Shown: one piece after another, positions 27,850 through 38,097 of the stretch | Layout of the letters: each line of letters opens with the position of its first letter | Numbering within the stretch: the stretch's first letter is position 1 | Assembly: GCA_963730095.1 (NCBI GenBank) | Contig: CAVSQJ010000002.1 | Coordinates: 1,923,779-1,987,778, forward strand | Direction of reading: 5' to 3' | DNA length: 64,000 nt | Source: an uncultured Acidobacteriota bacterium | GTDB taxonomy: Bacteria > Acidobacteriota > Vicinamibacteria > Vicinamibacterales > SCN-69-37 | Position numbers and translations under genes: made by a program | Notes under the pieces: model-generated | Databases searched by the model: none | Told to the model about the DNA's origin: nothing | The model's input: the letters and a program-made list of their open reading frames with translations, nothing else

Positions 27850-28914
27850 ATGACGCGTGATGCGGGGTTCTCGCTCGTCGAGGTCATCGTGGCGACGGCA
27901 TTGACGATGTCTCTCGCGGGCGTCGTCGTGTCGCTGGCCACGCCCGGTACGACGGCTTCGCCGGTGCTGCCCGAGGCGATCGATCTCCAGCAACGCGCGC
28001 GCGTTGCCGCCGACGTGCTCGCGGAAGATCTCTCGAAGGCGGGCGCCGGCCTGTCGGCGGGCCCCGAGCTCGGCCCGCTCGTCGATTTCTTCGCGCCCGT
28101 GGTGCCGCGTCGGATGGGGATGACCCAGCCTGACGCGTTCACGGTCGCGCGCCCCGACGCCATCACGATCCGCTACGTGCCGGACTCGCACGCGCAGACG
28201 ACCGTCAGCGCGTTTGCGTTCGCGCCATCGGTCGTCGCGACCCTCATCCAGTCTCCAGGGTGTCCGGCGCAGTCGTCGTGCGGATTCAGCGCCGGCGCCG
28301 ACGTCTTCGTGTTCGATCGGCTGGGCCAGGCCGAGACGTTCTCGATCCAGCAGGTTCAGAGCGGGATCGCCGTGCTGCAGCCGCATGACGCGACAGGGTT
28401 CCCGTTCCAGCCCGGCGCGTCGATCGCCGAGGCAATGTCGCGCACCTACTACTTCGACAGCGCCCAGCGTCAGCTTCGTGTCTACGACGGATCCCAAACC
28501 GACGCGCCGGTCGTCGACGGCGTCGTGGGCATGTCGTTCTCGTACTTCGGCGATCCGAACCCGCCCCTGGCTCCCCGGCCTTCACTCGGATCGGCGAACT
28601 GTCTGTACGACGCAAGCGGCGCGCTGGATCCGTCGCTCGTGACGCTGCCAGGCTCGGGCGGGGCGCTCGAGCCGTTGCCGCTCTCGATGCTCACCGACGG
28701 TCCGTGGTGCGGAACGGGCGCGGCGCGCTTCGACGCGGACCTGCTGCGCGTGCGCGAGATCCGCGTGTCGCTTCGGCTCGAGGCGCAGGCGTCATTCCGA
28801 GCGGCCGGTCCGGCGTTCGCGCATCCCGGCACCGCTACGGCGGCGCCGCGCGCGCTGCCGGACGTGCAGCTTTCGTTCGACGTCACCCCGCGCAACATGA
28901 ATCTGAGGCGGTAG
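27850..28914 (+). CDS. minor pilin (PilW-like)
   Basis: Leader MTRDA-G|FSLVEVIVATALT. 354 aa. Lies 6 nt after the previous gene. Confidence 0.8.
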   Translation: MTRDAGFSLVEVIVATALTMSLAGVVVSLATPGTTASPVLPEAIDLQQRARVAADVLAEDLSKAGAGLSAGPELGPLVDFFAPVVPRRMGMTQPDAFTVARPDAITIRYVPDSHAQTTVSAFAFAPSVVATLIQSPGCPAQSSCGFSAGADVFVFDRLGQAETFSIQQVQSGIAVLQPHDATGFPFQPGASIAEAMSRTYYFDSAQRQLRVYDGSQTDAPVVDGVVGMSFSYFGDPNPPLAPRPSLGSANCLYDASGALDPSLVTLPGSGGALEPLPLSMLTDGPWCGTGAARFDADLLRVREIRVSLRLEAQASFRAAGPAFAHPGTATAAPRALPDVQLSFDVTPRNMNLRR

Positions 28915-28919
28915 AGGAG

Positions 28920-29573
28920 ATGCCATCACCGACCTTGCGCGTGCCGGAAGGCAGAGATCGCGAGCGCGGAGCCGCGCTGATCGCGGCGTTGCTCGCGACG
29001 ATGCTGCTGTCTGCGCTCGGTGCGGCCATGACCGCTTCCGCCAACATGGAGACGAGCATTGGCTCGACGTTCCGTGAGGACAACGAACTGGCGTACGCCG
29101 CCGAGGCCGCCGTCGCTCGCGCGCTGCAGGACGTGCGCCTTGCGACGCGCTGGGACGACATCCTGGCGGGCGCGCAGCAGTCCTCGTTTCTCGACCCGGT
29201 GGCCGTGCTACAGCTTCCTGGCGGCGGCACGCTCGACGTGCCCGCCGTCACCAGCCGGCTGCAGGCGTCCACCGACGCCGCGTTCGGCGGGGCGAACGCG
29301 CCGCAGTGGCGTGTGTTCGCGAGCGGCCGGCTCGCGGACGCCGCGGGCCCGGGCGCGATCGAGAGTCGCGCGTACCTCGTCGCGTGGGTCGCGGACGACC
29401 CTTCGGAAACAGATGGCAATCCCTTCGCGGACACCAACGACACGCTGGTCGTTCGCGCTGAAGCTGTAGGTTCGGGCGGCCGGACGCGCGCGCTCGAAGT
29501 AACCGTGACGAGGGCCGGCATGCCCCGCGGGCAGGCCGGTCTGTCGATCACTTCGTGGCGGGAGGTCAGATAA
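28920..29573 (+). CDS. PilX-like minor pilin / pilus assembly protein
   Basis: ATG at 28920 inside ORF 28704-29573. PilX_N-like start ...ERGAALIAALLATMLLSALGAAM.... Confidence 0.7.
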   Translation: MPSPTLRVPEGRDRERGAALIAALLATMLLSALGAAMTASANMETSIGSTFREDNELAYAAEAAVARALQDVRLATRWDDILAGAQQSSFLDPVAVLQLPGGGTLDVPAVTSRLQASTDAAFGGANAPQWRVFASGRLADAAGPGAIESRAYLVAWVADDPSETDGNPFADTNDTLVVRAEAVGSGGRTRALEVTVTRAGMPRGQAGLSITSWREVR

Positions 29574-30166
29574 TGTCGTTCTGGCAGGCACCTGTAGTCG
29601 TCGTCGCGCTGCTCACGTGGCTCAGCTCGACGCCCACATCGTTTGCTGACGCGGCGCAACGCGAAGCGCTGCGCCGGCAGCTGATGCCCAAACCCACCCG
29701 GCAGTTGTCCAATCTCAACTTGCCGGCGTCCGCGATCGTGACGGAAGCGTCGATGGCGGCCGCCGCCGCTGCCGCCTTTCCCGTCGCCTCGTCCGACGAC
29801 GCCCCGACGCCGCCGCCCGCGGCAGCCAAGCTCGACCAGGCCCAGGCGGCGCCAGCGGCACCGGGCGCGCCGGCGGGCGACAGCCACGACGAGCAGTGGT
29901 GGCGCAATCGCATCGCGTCGGTCCGGCAGGATCTCGACTCGCATCAGCGGCTGGCCGCCGCGCTCCAGAGCCAGATCAACGGGCTCACGGCGGACTTCAC
30001 GAGCCGCGATGATCCTGCGCAGCGGGCGAAGATCGCCGAGGATCGCCGCAAGGCGATGGACGATCTCGCCGGCATGCAGAAGCAGATCGATCTGGACCAG
30101 AAGGCCGTCGCGGCGGTGCAGGAAGACGCCCGCCGCGCGGGCGTTCCGGCCGGCTGGGTTCGCTAG
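29573..30166 (+). CDS. secreted coiled-coil protein, function unknown (last gene of minor-pilin operon)
   Basis: TAATG overlap with the pilX-like gene. Signal-like MSFWQAPVVVVALLTWLSS, an Ala/Pro-rich linker and a C-terminal heptad-rich region. Confidence 0.65.
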   Translation: MSFWQAPVVVVALLTWLSSTPTSFADAAQREALRRQLMPKPTRQLSNLNLPASAIVTEASMAAAAAAAFPVASSDDAPTPPPAAAKLDQAQAAPAAPGAPAGDSHDEQWWRNRIASVRQDLDSHQRLAAALQSQINGLTADFTSRDDPAQRAKIAEDRRKAMDDLAGMQKQIDLDQKAVAAVQEDARRAGVPAGWVR

Positions 30167-30231
30167 GCGCTGGAGCCGGGCACCGGGGCAGGGCAGCGCG
30201 CCGCCACGGGCGGCGTGTGCCTCGGGGCTCC

Positions 30232-31317
30232 CTAGGCTTTCATGCCGAGGCTTCGCATGGCCTCGGCGATCTCGCGCGGGTCCACGTCGGATGCGATGGC
30301 CGTCGCGCCGATCTCGCGCGCCAGGACGAAATGCAGCTTGCCGCCAACGACCTTCTTGTCGTGGGCGATGACACCGAGAGCCGCGCGCGCCGAGAGATCG
30401 CCGACGGGAGGCAGCGCGCCCATCCGGAGAATCAGCTCCTGCAGCTTCGCCTCATCGGCGGTCGAGAGCAGGCCGCGGGCCGCGGAGACCCGTGCCGCGG
30501 CCAGCATCCCGCAGGCCACCGCCTCGCCGTGCCGAAACCTGCGGTACTTCGTGATCGCCTCGAGCGCATGCCCGACCGTGTGGCCGAAGTTGAGCACGCG
30601 CCGCGGGCCGGCCTCGCGCTCGTCGAGCTCGACGAGCCGCGCTTTGATGCGACAGCAGTCTGCAATCAGATCCGGTAACACCGGGCCGTCCTGCTCCAGG
30701 ATGTCGGGCAGACGCGACGACACGCGATCGAAGAGCGGCCGCGACGCGATCATGCCGTACTTGACGACCTCGTAGAGACCGGCGCGGAACTCTCGCTTCG
30801 GCAGCGTCCTGAGCACGTCCGGGTCGCAGACAACGAGCGACGGCGCGTGAAACGAGCCGATCAGGTTCTTGCCGGCGGGCAGGTTCACGCCGACTTTGCC
30901 GCCGACCGCGCTGTCCACCTGTGCGAGCAGAGTCGTTGGTACCTGCACGAGCGGGATGCCCCGGAGGTACGTCGCCGCCGCGAACCCCGCCACATCGCCC
31001 ACGACGCCGCCGCCGAACGCGATGAGCGTGGCGGAGCGATCGAGCTTGCGGCGGATCATCGCGTCGTAGATCCTGGCGACGGTCGCGAGCGTCTTGGCGC
31101 GCTCGCCGTCGGGGATGACGGTCGGCCCGGCGCGGCCGGCGATCTCCTTCATGGCCTTGCCGTGGCGCCGCCACACCGGCGGGCAGCTCACGACGAGCGC
31201 TTCGCCTGCGAGGCTGTGCTCGCGGAGCAGATCGGGGAGGCTCGACATCAGGCCTCGCCCGATGAGGACCCGATACGGCGCGCGGCTGGAGTGGACGTCG
31301 ATGCGGACCGGAGGCAT
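30232..31317 (-). CDS. aroB: 3-dehydroquinate synthase
   Basis: 361 aa with ...LIAFGGGVVGDVAGFAAATYLRGIPLVQVPTTLLAQVDSAVGGKVGVN... and ...LNFGHTVGHALE.... Confidence 0.95.
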   Translation of the reverse strand: MPPVRIDVHSSRAPYRVLIGRGLMSSLPDLLREHSLAGEALVVSCPPVWRRHGKAMKEIAGRAGPTVIPDGERAKTLATVARIYDAMIRRKLDRSATLIAFGGGVVGDVAGFAAATYLRGIPLVQVPTTLLAQVDSAVGGKVGVNLPAGKNLIGSFHAPSLVVCDPDVLRTLPKREFRAGLYEVVKYGMIASRPLFDRVSSRLPDILEQDGPVLPDLIADCCRIKARLVELDEREAGPRRVLNFGHTVGHALEAITKYRRFRHGEAVACGMLAAARVSAARGLLSTADEAKLQELILRMGALPPVGDLSARAALGVIAHDKKVVGGKLHFVLAREIGATAIASDVDPREIAEAMRSLGMKA

Positions 31318-31418
31318 GCGTGGTGTTCCTGCCCGCGGCAGGCCGGCAGGAACGGCTCTAGGATAAACTGAACGCTTGTGTTCCGCGCGCGGCCAGCCGC
31401 CGTGCGCGTCGAAACAGA

Positions 31419-32879
31419 GTGGTGCCCGTGGCCGACAAAAAAGAATCGTTCGTCACCGAGATCACGCCTCGCTCCGAGGATTTTTCGCGCTGGTATCTCG
31501 ACGTCGTCCGGCGCGCCGAGCTGGCCGACTATTCGCCCGTCAAGGGCTGCATGGTCATCCGTCCGTACGGCTACGCGATCTGGGAGCACATCCAGCGGCT
31601 GCTCGACGCGCGCTTCAAGGCGACGGGCCACGTCAACGCGTACTTCCCGCTCTTCATTCCCGAGAGCCTCCTGATGAAGGAGAAGGAGCACGTCGAGGGC
31701 TTCGCGCCGCAGGTCGCGTGGGTGACCAAAGGCGGCGATGAAGAGCTCGAAGAGAGGCTCGTCGTCCGGCCGACGTCCGAAGTGCTCGTCGGCACGATGT
31801 ACGCGAAGTGGATTCAGTCGTGGCGCGATCTGCCCGTCCTCATCAACCAGTGGGCGAACGTGGTGCGCTGGGAGAAGGTCACGCGGCCGTTCCTGCGGAC
31901 GACCGAGTTCCTCTGGCAGGAGGGGCACACGGCGCACGAGACCGCCGAGGAATGCGAAGCCGAGACGCTCACGATCCTCGGGCTCTACAAGGAATTCTGC
32001 GAGACGGAGCTCGCGATGCCCGTGGTCGACGGGCTCAAGAGCGACAGCGAGAAGTTCGCGGGCGCGTCGCGCACCTACTCCATTGAGGCGCTGATGGGCG
32101 ACGGCCGCGCGCTGCAGGCCGGCACGTCACACAACCTCGGCCAGAATTTCGCCAAGGCGTTCGAGATCCAGTTCCAGGGCCGCGACAAGACGCTGCAGCA
32201 CGCGTGGACGACGTCGTGGGGCGTGTCGACGCGGCTGATCGGCGGTTTGATCATGACGCATGGCGATGACAGCGGGCTCGTCCTGCCGCCCCACATCGCG
32301 CCGCATCAGGTCGTGATCGTTCCCATTCCCCGCGGCGACTGGAAGCAGACCGTGCTGCCCAGAGCCGAGGCGATTGCCCAGGAGCTGCGGGCCCGGGGCG
32401 TGCGCGTCAAGCTCGACGCCGACGAGGAGAACTCGCCCGGCTGGAAGTTCGCCGAGTGGGAGCTCCGCGGCGTGCCTCTGCGCCTCGAGATCGGGCCCAA
32501 GGACATCGAGAAGGCGCAGGTCTTCTCGGCGCGGCGCGACACGCGCGAGAAGGCCGCGATTCCGTTCGCCGACCTTGCCACGCGCGTGCCCGCGCTGCTC
32601 GAGGAGATTCAGGCGAACCTGCTCGCGCGCGCCACCGAGTTCCGCAAGGAGCACACGACCGAGGTGGGGACCTGGGACGAGTTCAAGAGCGCGATGGACG
32701 GCCGCCCCGGCTTCGTCATCGCGAGCTGGTGCGGCGCCGCCGACTGTGAGGCGCAAATCAAGGCCGAAACCCAGGCGACGCTGCGCAACATCCCGCTCGG
32801 CTCGCCGCGCGTCGACGGCCAGTGCGTGAAGTGCAACGGCGCGTCGCACGTGAAGGCGTGGTTCGCGAAGGCGTACTGA
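31419..32879 (+). CDS. proS: proline--tRNA ligase (archaeal/eukaryote-like type)
   Basis: 486 aa with ...RSEDFSRWY...VKGCMVIRPYGYAIWE..., class II motifs, a C-terminal zinc-binding domain and a terminal Tyr. Confidence 0.95.
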   Translation: MVPVADKKESFVTEITPRSEDFSRWYLDVVRRAELADYSPVKGCMVIRPYGYAIWEHIQRLLDARFKATGHVNAYFPLFIPESLLMKEKEHVEGFAPQVAWVTKGGDEELEERLVVRPTSEVLVGTMYAKWIQSWRDLPVLINQWANVVRWEKVTRPFLRTTEFLWQEGHTAHETAEECEAETLTILGLYKEFCETELAMPVVDGLKSDSEKFAGASRTYSIEALMGDGRALQAGTSHNLGQNFAKAFEIQFQGRDKTLQHAWTTSWGVSTRLIGGLIMTHGDDSGLVLPPHIAPHQVVIVPIPRGDWKQTVLPRAEAIAQELRARGVRVKLDADEENSPGWKFAEWELRGVPLRLEIGPKDIEKAQVFSARRDTREKAAIPFADLATRVPALLEEIQANLLARATEFRKEHTTEVGTWDEFKSAMDGRPGFVIASWCGAADCEAQIKAETQATLRNIPLGSPRVDGQCVKCNGASHVKAWFAKAY

Positions 32880-32897
32880 TCTCCGGCGCGACCAGAA

Positions 32898-32950
32898 AAA
32901 AAGAAAAAGGCCCGGGCGTTTCGAACGCCCGGGCCTTGTCTGTTTCGAGG
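32898..32950. terminator. bidirectional rho-independent terminator between convergent proS and ompA-like genes
   Basis: A-tract, stem GGCCCGGGCG, loop TTTCGAA, stem CGCCCGGGCC, then TTGTCTGTTT. Confidence 0.8.
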
Positions 32951-32959
32951 CTTCGACCC

Positions 32960-34729
32960 TTACGGGTACTGCAGCCGCACGGTGAGGGCGGCGCGGCGGT
33001 TCAGGCGGCGCGTCTCCTCGCGTGAGTTGTCGAACTTCGGCCGCTCTTCGCCGTAGCTGACCGTCGACAGCCGGTCGGCGGAGATGCCGCGGCTGATGAG
33101 GTAGTCACGGACGGCCTGCGCGCGGCGCTCGCCGAGCGCGAGGTTGTACTCGGCCGTGCCGATGTTGCAGGTGTGACCCTCAATCATGATCTTGAGGTTC
33201 GGGTCGGCCTGCATCGCGGTGACGGCCTGATCGAGCGAGCGCAGAGCATCGGCCCTGAGCGTGTAGCGATCGAAGTCGAAGTGCACGTCCTCGAAGTTGT
33301 ATTCCTTCGGCTGCGGACGGATGACGTTGATCGTGACCGTGTCGTTCGCCGTGCCGCCCTTGCCGTCGTTGACGGTGATCGTGATGCGGACCGGGCCCTC
33401 GACGTTGGGCGCCGTCCATGGCGTCTGGCGGCTGGTCGCGCTCGAGAGCGTGCCGGCTGCGGCCGTCCAGCGGTACGTCAGCGGATCGCCGTCCGGGTCC
33501 TGCGCATCAGCGGTGACCGACGCCGTCTTGCCGACCTCGACCGTGCACGGATCGCATGACGCATGGACCGTCGGCGGCCGATTCTGCGGTGCCGGCGCTG
33601 GTGTTGGCGGCGGTGGTGGTGGCGTCGGGGCCGGAGGCGGCAGCGGCTTCTCGACCCTGCGGCCGCCCGGATGGAACCCGATGCGGAACTGCAGCCCCAT
33701 GTTGTCCTTGGGATAGTCACCGACCGGCGGGGTGAGACAGGCCGCGCAGAGCGCGTCGCTGCGTCCCGACATATGCATGTTCACGCTGCCCGCGACGCCG
33801 GCGTAGAAGCCGTTCGGAGCGTGCCACGTGACACCGAGCAGCAGGACCACGGGCGCCTTCAGCTGGCTTGACGTCGGGACGAACGAGCCGTCCTCACCGA
33901 CGAGTCCAGCCGGGGCGGTGATCGTGTCGTTGAAGTAGTTCTCGCCGAAGAGCTCGGCCGTGAAGTCGAACGGTGTGTCGACGGGCAGCGTGGCGCCGAA
34001 GCCCCAGCGGAACCCGTTGGTCAGCTGGTAGCCGGTCGGGCTGCCGCGGAACATGAAGCCGCCGTAGCCGGAAACCTCGGCCTTTTGAGTGTGCTTGGAC
34101 ACGATGCCATCAACGGCGAAGTCCACCTGGCCGCTCGACGTACCGTTCGGCTCCTTGGCGCCGGTTGGAAACTTCAGCATCGCGCGCACGGCGACGGCCG
34201 CGGGCTTGCCAAACGCCTCCGACAGCAAGGCGAACTTGCCGCCGACCCACATGTCGCCCAACTGGTTGCCGGTCCACGCCACGCGGTTCAACGGGTAGTT
34301 CGGCAGGATGCCGCCACCCGTGCCGGTGTCCTGGGCCGAGGCCGCGCTCGTGAAGAACAAGGGCCGCGTGTCGCGGTCGATGCGCGTGTCGAGCGACCAG
34401 CTGACGAAGACTTCGGCGCGGTCTTTCAGACCGACGGCGAAAGTGACCGGGAAGGTCGAGATGTCCGCAAATCCCTGTCCATCATCGATGTTGGTCCTCT
34501 GAAAGCTGAGGGACCACATTTTGTCTTTAAGTACTTCTCCAGTGGGGACGTACCACAACCCCGTGTCACCCGAGGTCGTCGCGGTTTCGGATCGGCGTTC
34601 GGTCGTCGATGTCGATCCTGAGGTGCCACCTGAGGACGGCTGGGGCGGCGTCTGCGGTGTTTGCGCGAAGACCCAGGTAGGAGCCACAAGCAGAACACTC
34701 AGCAAACTCACATTGAGGAGTCGTCTCAT
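32960..34729 (-). CDS. OmpA-family outer-membrane protein (beta-barrel + Pro-rich linker + PKD/Ig-like domain + OmpA_C)
   Basis: ATG at 34729 with signal peptide [23 protein letters not shown]-terminal OmpA domain ...[19 protein letters not shown]...NRRAALTV. Confidence 0.88.
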   Translation of the reverse strand: MRRLLNVSLLSVLLVAPTWVFAQTPQTPPQPSSGGTSGSTSTTERRSETATTSGDTGLWYVPTGEVLKDKMWSLSFQRTNIDDGQGFADISTFPVTFAVGLKDRAEVFVSWSLDTRIDRDTRPLFFTSAASAQDTGTGGGILPNYPLNRVAWTGNQLGDMWVGGKFALLSEAFGKPAAVAVRAMLKFPTGAKEPNGTSSGQVDFAVDGIVSKHTQKAEVSGYGGFMFRGSPTGYQLTNGFRWGFGATLPVDTPFDFTAELFGENYFNDTITAPAGLVGEDGSFVPTSSQLKAPVVLLLGVTWHAPNGFYAGVAGSVNMHMSGRSDALCAACLTPPVGDYPKDNMGLQFRIGFHPGGRRVEKPLPPPAPTPPPPPPTPAPAPQNRPPTVHASCDPCTVEVGKTASVTADAQDPDGDPLTYRWTAAAGTLSSATSRQTPWTAPNVEGPVRITITVNDGKGGTANDTVTINVIRPQPKEYNFEDVHFDFDRYTLRADALRSLDQAVTAMQADPNLKIMIEGHTCNIGTAEYNLALGERRAQAVRDYLISRGISADRLSTVSYGEERPKFDNSREETRRLNRRAALTVRLQYP

Positions 34730-34952
34730 GAGGTCCACCCAGTCGGACAGCCGACGGAGGGCCGCCGGTTGCGTTAGCGAAGTTCTGTCCGAGCGCGGCT
34801 CGGACGACCCCGCCATCGTACTGCCCGGGGTCTGTGCAAGTCAACGCAAACACAGCACTTTTCGGTATTGCACTAAGGACCTACGCCCCACCGGCCTTGG
34901 TCTGGTCGCGGTATACTGGCGAGAGATTATCGTCCCGGGCGAGGAGTCCGTC

Positions 34953-35264
34953 ATGGGTCCAATAGGCATTCCAGAACTGCTGATCATTTTCGTCGTCGCT
35001 CTTATTGTGTTCGGTCCTCGCAAGCTGCCGGAGCTGGGCAAGTCGCTGGGGAAGAGCATCGCGGAGTTCAAGCGCGCGTCGAACGAGTTACAAAGCACGC
35101 TCGACGAGGAAATCCGGTCGGAGCAACGGCGAGCGCCCACGTCGACGCCTGCGCCCGTCCAGCCGGCGCCCGTAGTCGCCGCGCCCCCGAGTCCGTCCGA
35201 TCCATCGATGCTCCCATCGCCCGCCGCGCCCGAGACCGTCGCGCGCGGGCAGCACGGCTCGTAG
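34953..35264 (+). CDS. tatA: twin-arginine translocase subunit TatA/E
   Basis: [40 protein letters not shown], then a Pro/Ala-rich tail. GAGGAG RBS. Confidence 0.92.
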   Translation: MGPIGIPELLIIFVVALIVFGPRKLPELGKSLGKSIAEFKRASNELQSTLDEEIRSEQRRAPTSTPAPVQPAPVVAAPPSPSDPSMLPSPAAPETVARGQHGS

Positions 35265-35282
35265 CGCGCCCGCCGCGCGCGC

Positions 35283-36113
35283 GTGGCTCATCGTTTCGAT
35301 CAGGCCGCCATGTCGTCTGACAGCACCGAATTGGCCACGCGCGACGCCTTCGATGACGCCGAAGAGGCGCCCGAAGGCGATCGCTCGAGGATGAGCTTCC
35401 TCGAGCACCTCGACGAGCTTCGCCGGCGCATCATCTACTCGCTGTACGCCATGCTCGCCGGCTGTGCGGTGTCGTTCTGGTTTCTGAACGACCTCTACGA
35501 GGGGATGACGAAATACTTCTCGCAGTTCGGCGGCCAGCTCATCATCAACGGCCTGACCGACGGGTTCGTCCTGCAGATGAAGTTCGGTCTGCTCGTCGGC
35601 TTCCTCATCGCGTCGCCGTTCGTGTTCGCGCAGCTCTGGCTGTTCGTTGCGCCCGGGCTCTACACGCGCGAGAAGAAGGTCGTCTTCCCGTTCGCCATCA
35701 GCGCGACGACGCTCTTCGCGTGCGGCGCGTGGTTCGCGCACGTGCTCGCGTTTCCGGGGATGTTCCGCTTCTTCGCGAGCTACGAGAACGAGCACGTCAA
35801 GTTCTTCCCGACGATCAGCGAAGCCGCGACGTTCTACATCTGGATGGTGCTCGGCTTCGGCCTCGTGTTCCAGATGCCGATCTTCGTCTTCTTCCTCGCG
35901 CGCTTCGGCATCATCACGTGGCGCTGGATGCTGAAGAACATCGGCTACGCGGTGCTCGTCGCGTTCATCGTCGCGGCGGTCGTCACGCCGTCGGGCGACC
36001 CGGTCAACCAGACGATCTGGGCGGCGCCGATGGTCGTGCTCTACATCCTCAGCATCGGCGTCGCGTGGATGTTCGGCAAGAAACCCAGGAAATCCGAGGA
36101 CACAAGCGAGTAG
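35283..36113 (+). CDS. tatC: twin-arginine translocase subunit TatC
   Basis: Motif ...MSFLEHLDELRRRIIYSL... and six TM helices. The start is uncertain: GTG 35283 or ATG 35310. Confidence 0.9.
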   Translation: MAHRFDQAAMSSDSTELATRDAFDDAEEAPEGDRSRMSFLEHLDELRRRIIYSLYAMLAGCAVSFWFLNDLYEGMTKYFSQFGGQLIINGLTDGFVLQMKFGLLVGFLIASPFVFAQLWLFVAPGLYTREKKVVFPFAISATTLFACGAWFAHVLAFPGMFRFFASYENEHVKFFPTISEAATFYIWMVLGFGLVFQMPIFVFFLARFGIITWRWMLKNIGYAVLVAFIVAAVVTPSGDPVNQTIWAAPMVVLYILSIGVAWMFGKKPRKSEDTSE

Positions 36114-36135
36114 CCGGAGCCGGGGCTCTGGTAGG

Positions 36136-37812
36136 ATGAAATCTATGCGCAATCGAACAACCGGCGTCGCCGTGATGGTGATCGTGCTGTCGGCTCTGGC
36201 CGGCGGTGCGCTTGGGTCGCGCGTTCTGGCGACCGCCGATCGCGAGACCGAGCGCACGCGCTCGTTCGCCGCGGCGCTCGCGGTCGTCGAGAGCCAGTAT
36301 GTCGAGCCGGTCGAGACGACGCCGCTCATCTACGGGTCGATCGAAGGGATGCTGCGCACGCTCGATCCGCACTCGTCCTTCTTCGATCCCCGCACCTACG
36401 CGCAGATGCGCGAGCGGCAGGAAGGGCACTACTACGGGATCGGCATCACCATCGCGTCGGTCGACGGCGACGTCACCGTGACGCAGCTCTTCGAGGGCTC
36501 GCCCGCGTATCGCGCCGGCATCCGTCGCGGCGATATCGTCGCCTACGTGCCGTGCGCGCCGGGCGCGACGTCGAAGATCGACGCCGCGGCCGTCGGCACC
36601 AAGCCCGGCGTGTGCCAGGACAGCACCAAAGGCTGGGGGACGGACGATGTCGTGAAGCGCATCAAGGGGCCGAAGGGCACCACCGTGGACATCGCCATCC
36701 GCCGCGACGGCGTCCCGCAGCTCATCAACCTCACGGTCGCGCGCGACGAGATCAACATCACGACGGTGCGCACGGCGTTCATGATCGCGCCCGGCGCGGG
36801 CTACGTCCGGCTCGAAGGGTTCTCCGAGACCTCGGACACCGAGCTGCAGGCCGCGCTCAAGAAGCTGAAGGCCGCCGGCATGCAGAAGCTCATCCTCGAT
36901 CTGCGTGACAACCCTGGCGGCCCGCTCAACCAGGCGATCGCCGTCGCGAATCACTTCCTGCACAAGGGCCAGATGATCGTCTACACGCGCGGCCGCGTCG
37001 AGAACTCCGACGACGACTACCGCGCGGTGACCGAAGGCGATTACATCGACGTGCCGCTCATCGTGCTCACGAGCCGGCAGAGCGCGAGCGCGTCGGAGAT
37101 CGTCACCGGCTCGATGCAGGATCACGACCGCGGCCTCGTCATCGGCGAGACGACATTCGGCAAGGCGCTCGTCCAGTCCGTGTATTCGATCGACACCGCG
37201 GGCCTGGCGCTCACGACGGCGCACTACTACACGCCGAGCGGCCGGCTGATCCAGCGGCCGTGGGACGGCAGCTTCGACGAGTACTGCCTGTACACGCTGC
37301 GCGACCAGACGGCGAACCGCCCGCACCCCGACTCCGAGCTGAAGTACACCGACGGCGGCCGCAAGGTCTACGGCGGCGGCGGGATCGAGCCGGACCACTT
37401 CATCCCCGGCGCCGTCGAAGGCTTCAACATCTCGAACTTCACCCGCGCGCTCAAAGAGCGCGGCGCGTTCATCAGCTTCGCCGAGAAGTTCACCAAGGAA
37501 GGCGACACGCGCCCGGCCGCGCGCTCGGCGGCCGTCCACAAGGTCGCGCCCGGCTGGGAAGTCACCGACGCGATTTGCGACGAGTTCAAACAGTTCCTGG
37601 TCTCCCAGCGCATCAAGGTTGACGACGCCGCCATGACCGCCGACCGCGCGTTCATCAAGGCCGAGATCCACTTCGAGGTCGATAACGATCTGTTCAGCGC
37701 CGAGGAAGCTCGTCGCAACATCGTCAAGATCGATCCGCAGGCGCAGGCCGCGCTCGGTTACTTCGACGAGGCCCGCAAGCTGCTCGACCTCAACGCCCGC
37801 AAGGGGCAATGA
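36136..37812 (+). CDS. S41-family carboxy-terminal processing peptidase (PDZ domain)
   Basis: 558 aa with ...YYGIGITI..., a PDZ domain, the catalytic region ...LTSRQSASASEIVTG... and ...GETTFGKALVQ.... Confidence 0.9.
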   Translation: MKSMRNRTTGVAVMVIVLSALAGGALGSRVLATADRETERTRSFAAALAVVESQYVEPVETTPLIYGSIEGMLRTLDPHSSFFDPRTYAQMRERQEGHYYGIGITIASVDGDVTVTQLFEGSPAYRAGIRRGDIVAYVPCAPGATSKIDAAAVGTKPGVCQDSTKGWGTDDVVKRIKGPKGTTVDIAIRRDGVPQLINLTVARDEINITTVRTAFMIAPGAGYVRLEGFSETSDTELQAALKKLKAAGMQKLILDLRDNPGGPLNQAIAVANHFLHKGQMIVYTRGRVENSDDDYRAVTEGDYIDVPLIVLTSRQSASASEIVTGSMQDHDRGLVIGETTFGKALVQSVYSIDTAGLALTTAHYYTPSGRLIQRPWDGSFDEYCLYTLRDQTANRPHPDSELKYTDGGRKVYGGGGIEPDHFIPGAVEGFNISNFTRALKERGAFISFAEKFTKEGDTRPAARSAAVHKVAPGWEVTDAICDEFKQFLVSQRIKVDDAAMTADRAFIKAEIHFEVDNDLFSAEEARRNIVKIDPQAQAALGYFDEARKLLDLNARKGQ

Positions 37813-37870
37813 GGCAATGGGGGCAACAACTAGGGCCCTCTAATCTGCTTGCCCCCACCCATAGTGCTTG
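37803..37870. repeat. GGCAATG-type short-repeat hairpin overlapping the peptidase stop codon
   Basis: GGGGCAATGAGGCAATGGGGGCAA (37803-26) pairs imperfectly with TTGCCCCCACCCATAGTGCTTGC (37848-70). A GC hairpin GCCCCG-N9-CGGGGC follows at 37879-37899. Confidence 0.65.
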
Positions 37871-37911
37871 CTAGACTTGCCCCGGTCGCTGGACGGGGCC
37901 AGGCGGTCTTG

Positions 37912-37990
37912 GAAGTCGAAAAGTCGAAAAGTCGAAAAGTCGAAAAGTCGGGAAGTCGGGAAGTCGGGAACTGGAGAAGTCGGGAAGTAG
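37912..37990. repeat. ~10 tandem 8-nt units (AAGTCGAA x4, AAGTCGGG x3 and variants)
   Basis: GAAGTCGA AAAGTCGA AAAGTCGA AAAGTCGA AAAGTCGG GAAGTCGG GAAGTCGG GAACTGGA GAAGTCGG GAAGTAG. No complementary arm is present. Lies ~110 nt upstream of smc. Confidence 0.9.
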
Positions 37991-38097
37991 CGCAGTAGCG
38001 CGGGCTATCACGCCCTGGCGAGCGTTCCCAGCCGCTTGAGCGTCGACGCGCGTGTGTCGACCGAAGCGGCTGTTTGTGTGTACAGGGTCAAGGCCAC

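Noticed and set aside
34880-34930. TATACT hexamer upstream of tatA as a possible -10 box.
   Set aside because: There is no convincing -35 element at 16-18 nt spacing, and a single hexamer match is expected by chance.
37912-37990. Repeat arrays (here and at 45858-45975, 41825-41862, 49602-49660) considered as possible CRISPR arrays.
   Set aside because: The units are 7-14 nt and directly abut each other with no spacers. No cas genes are in the window.
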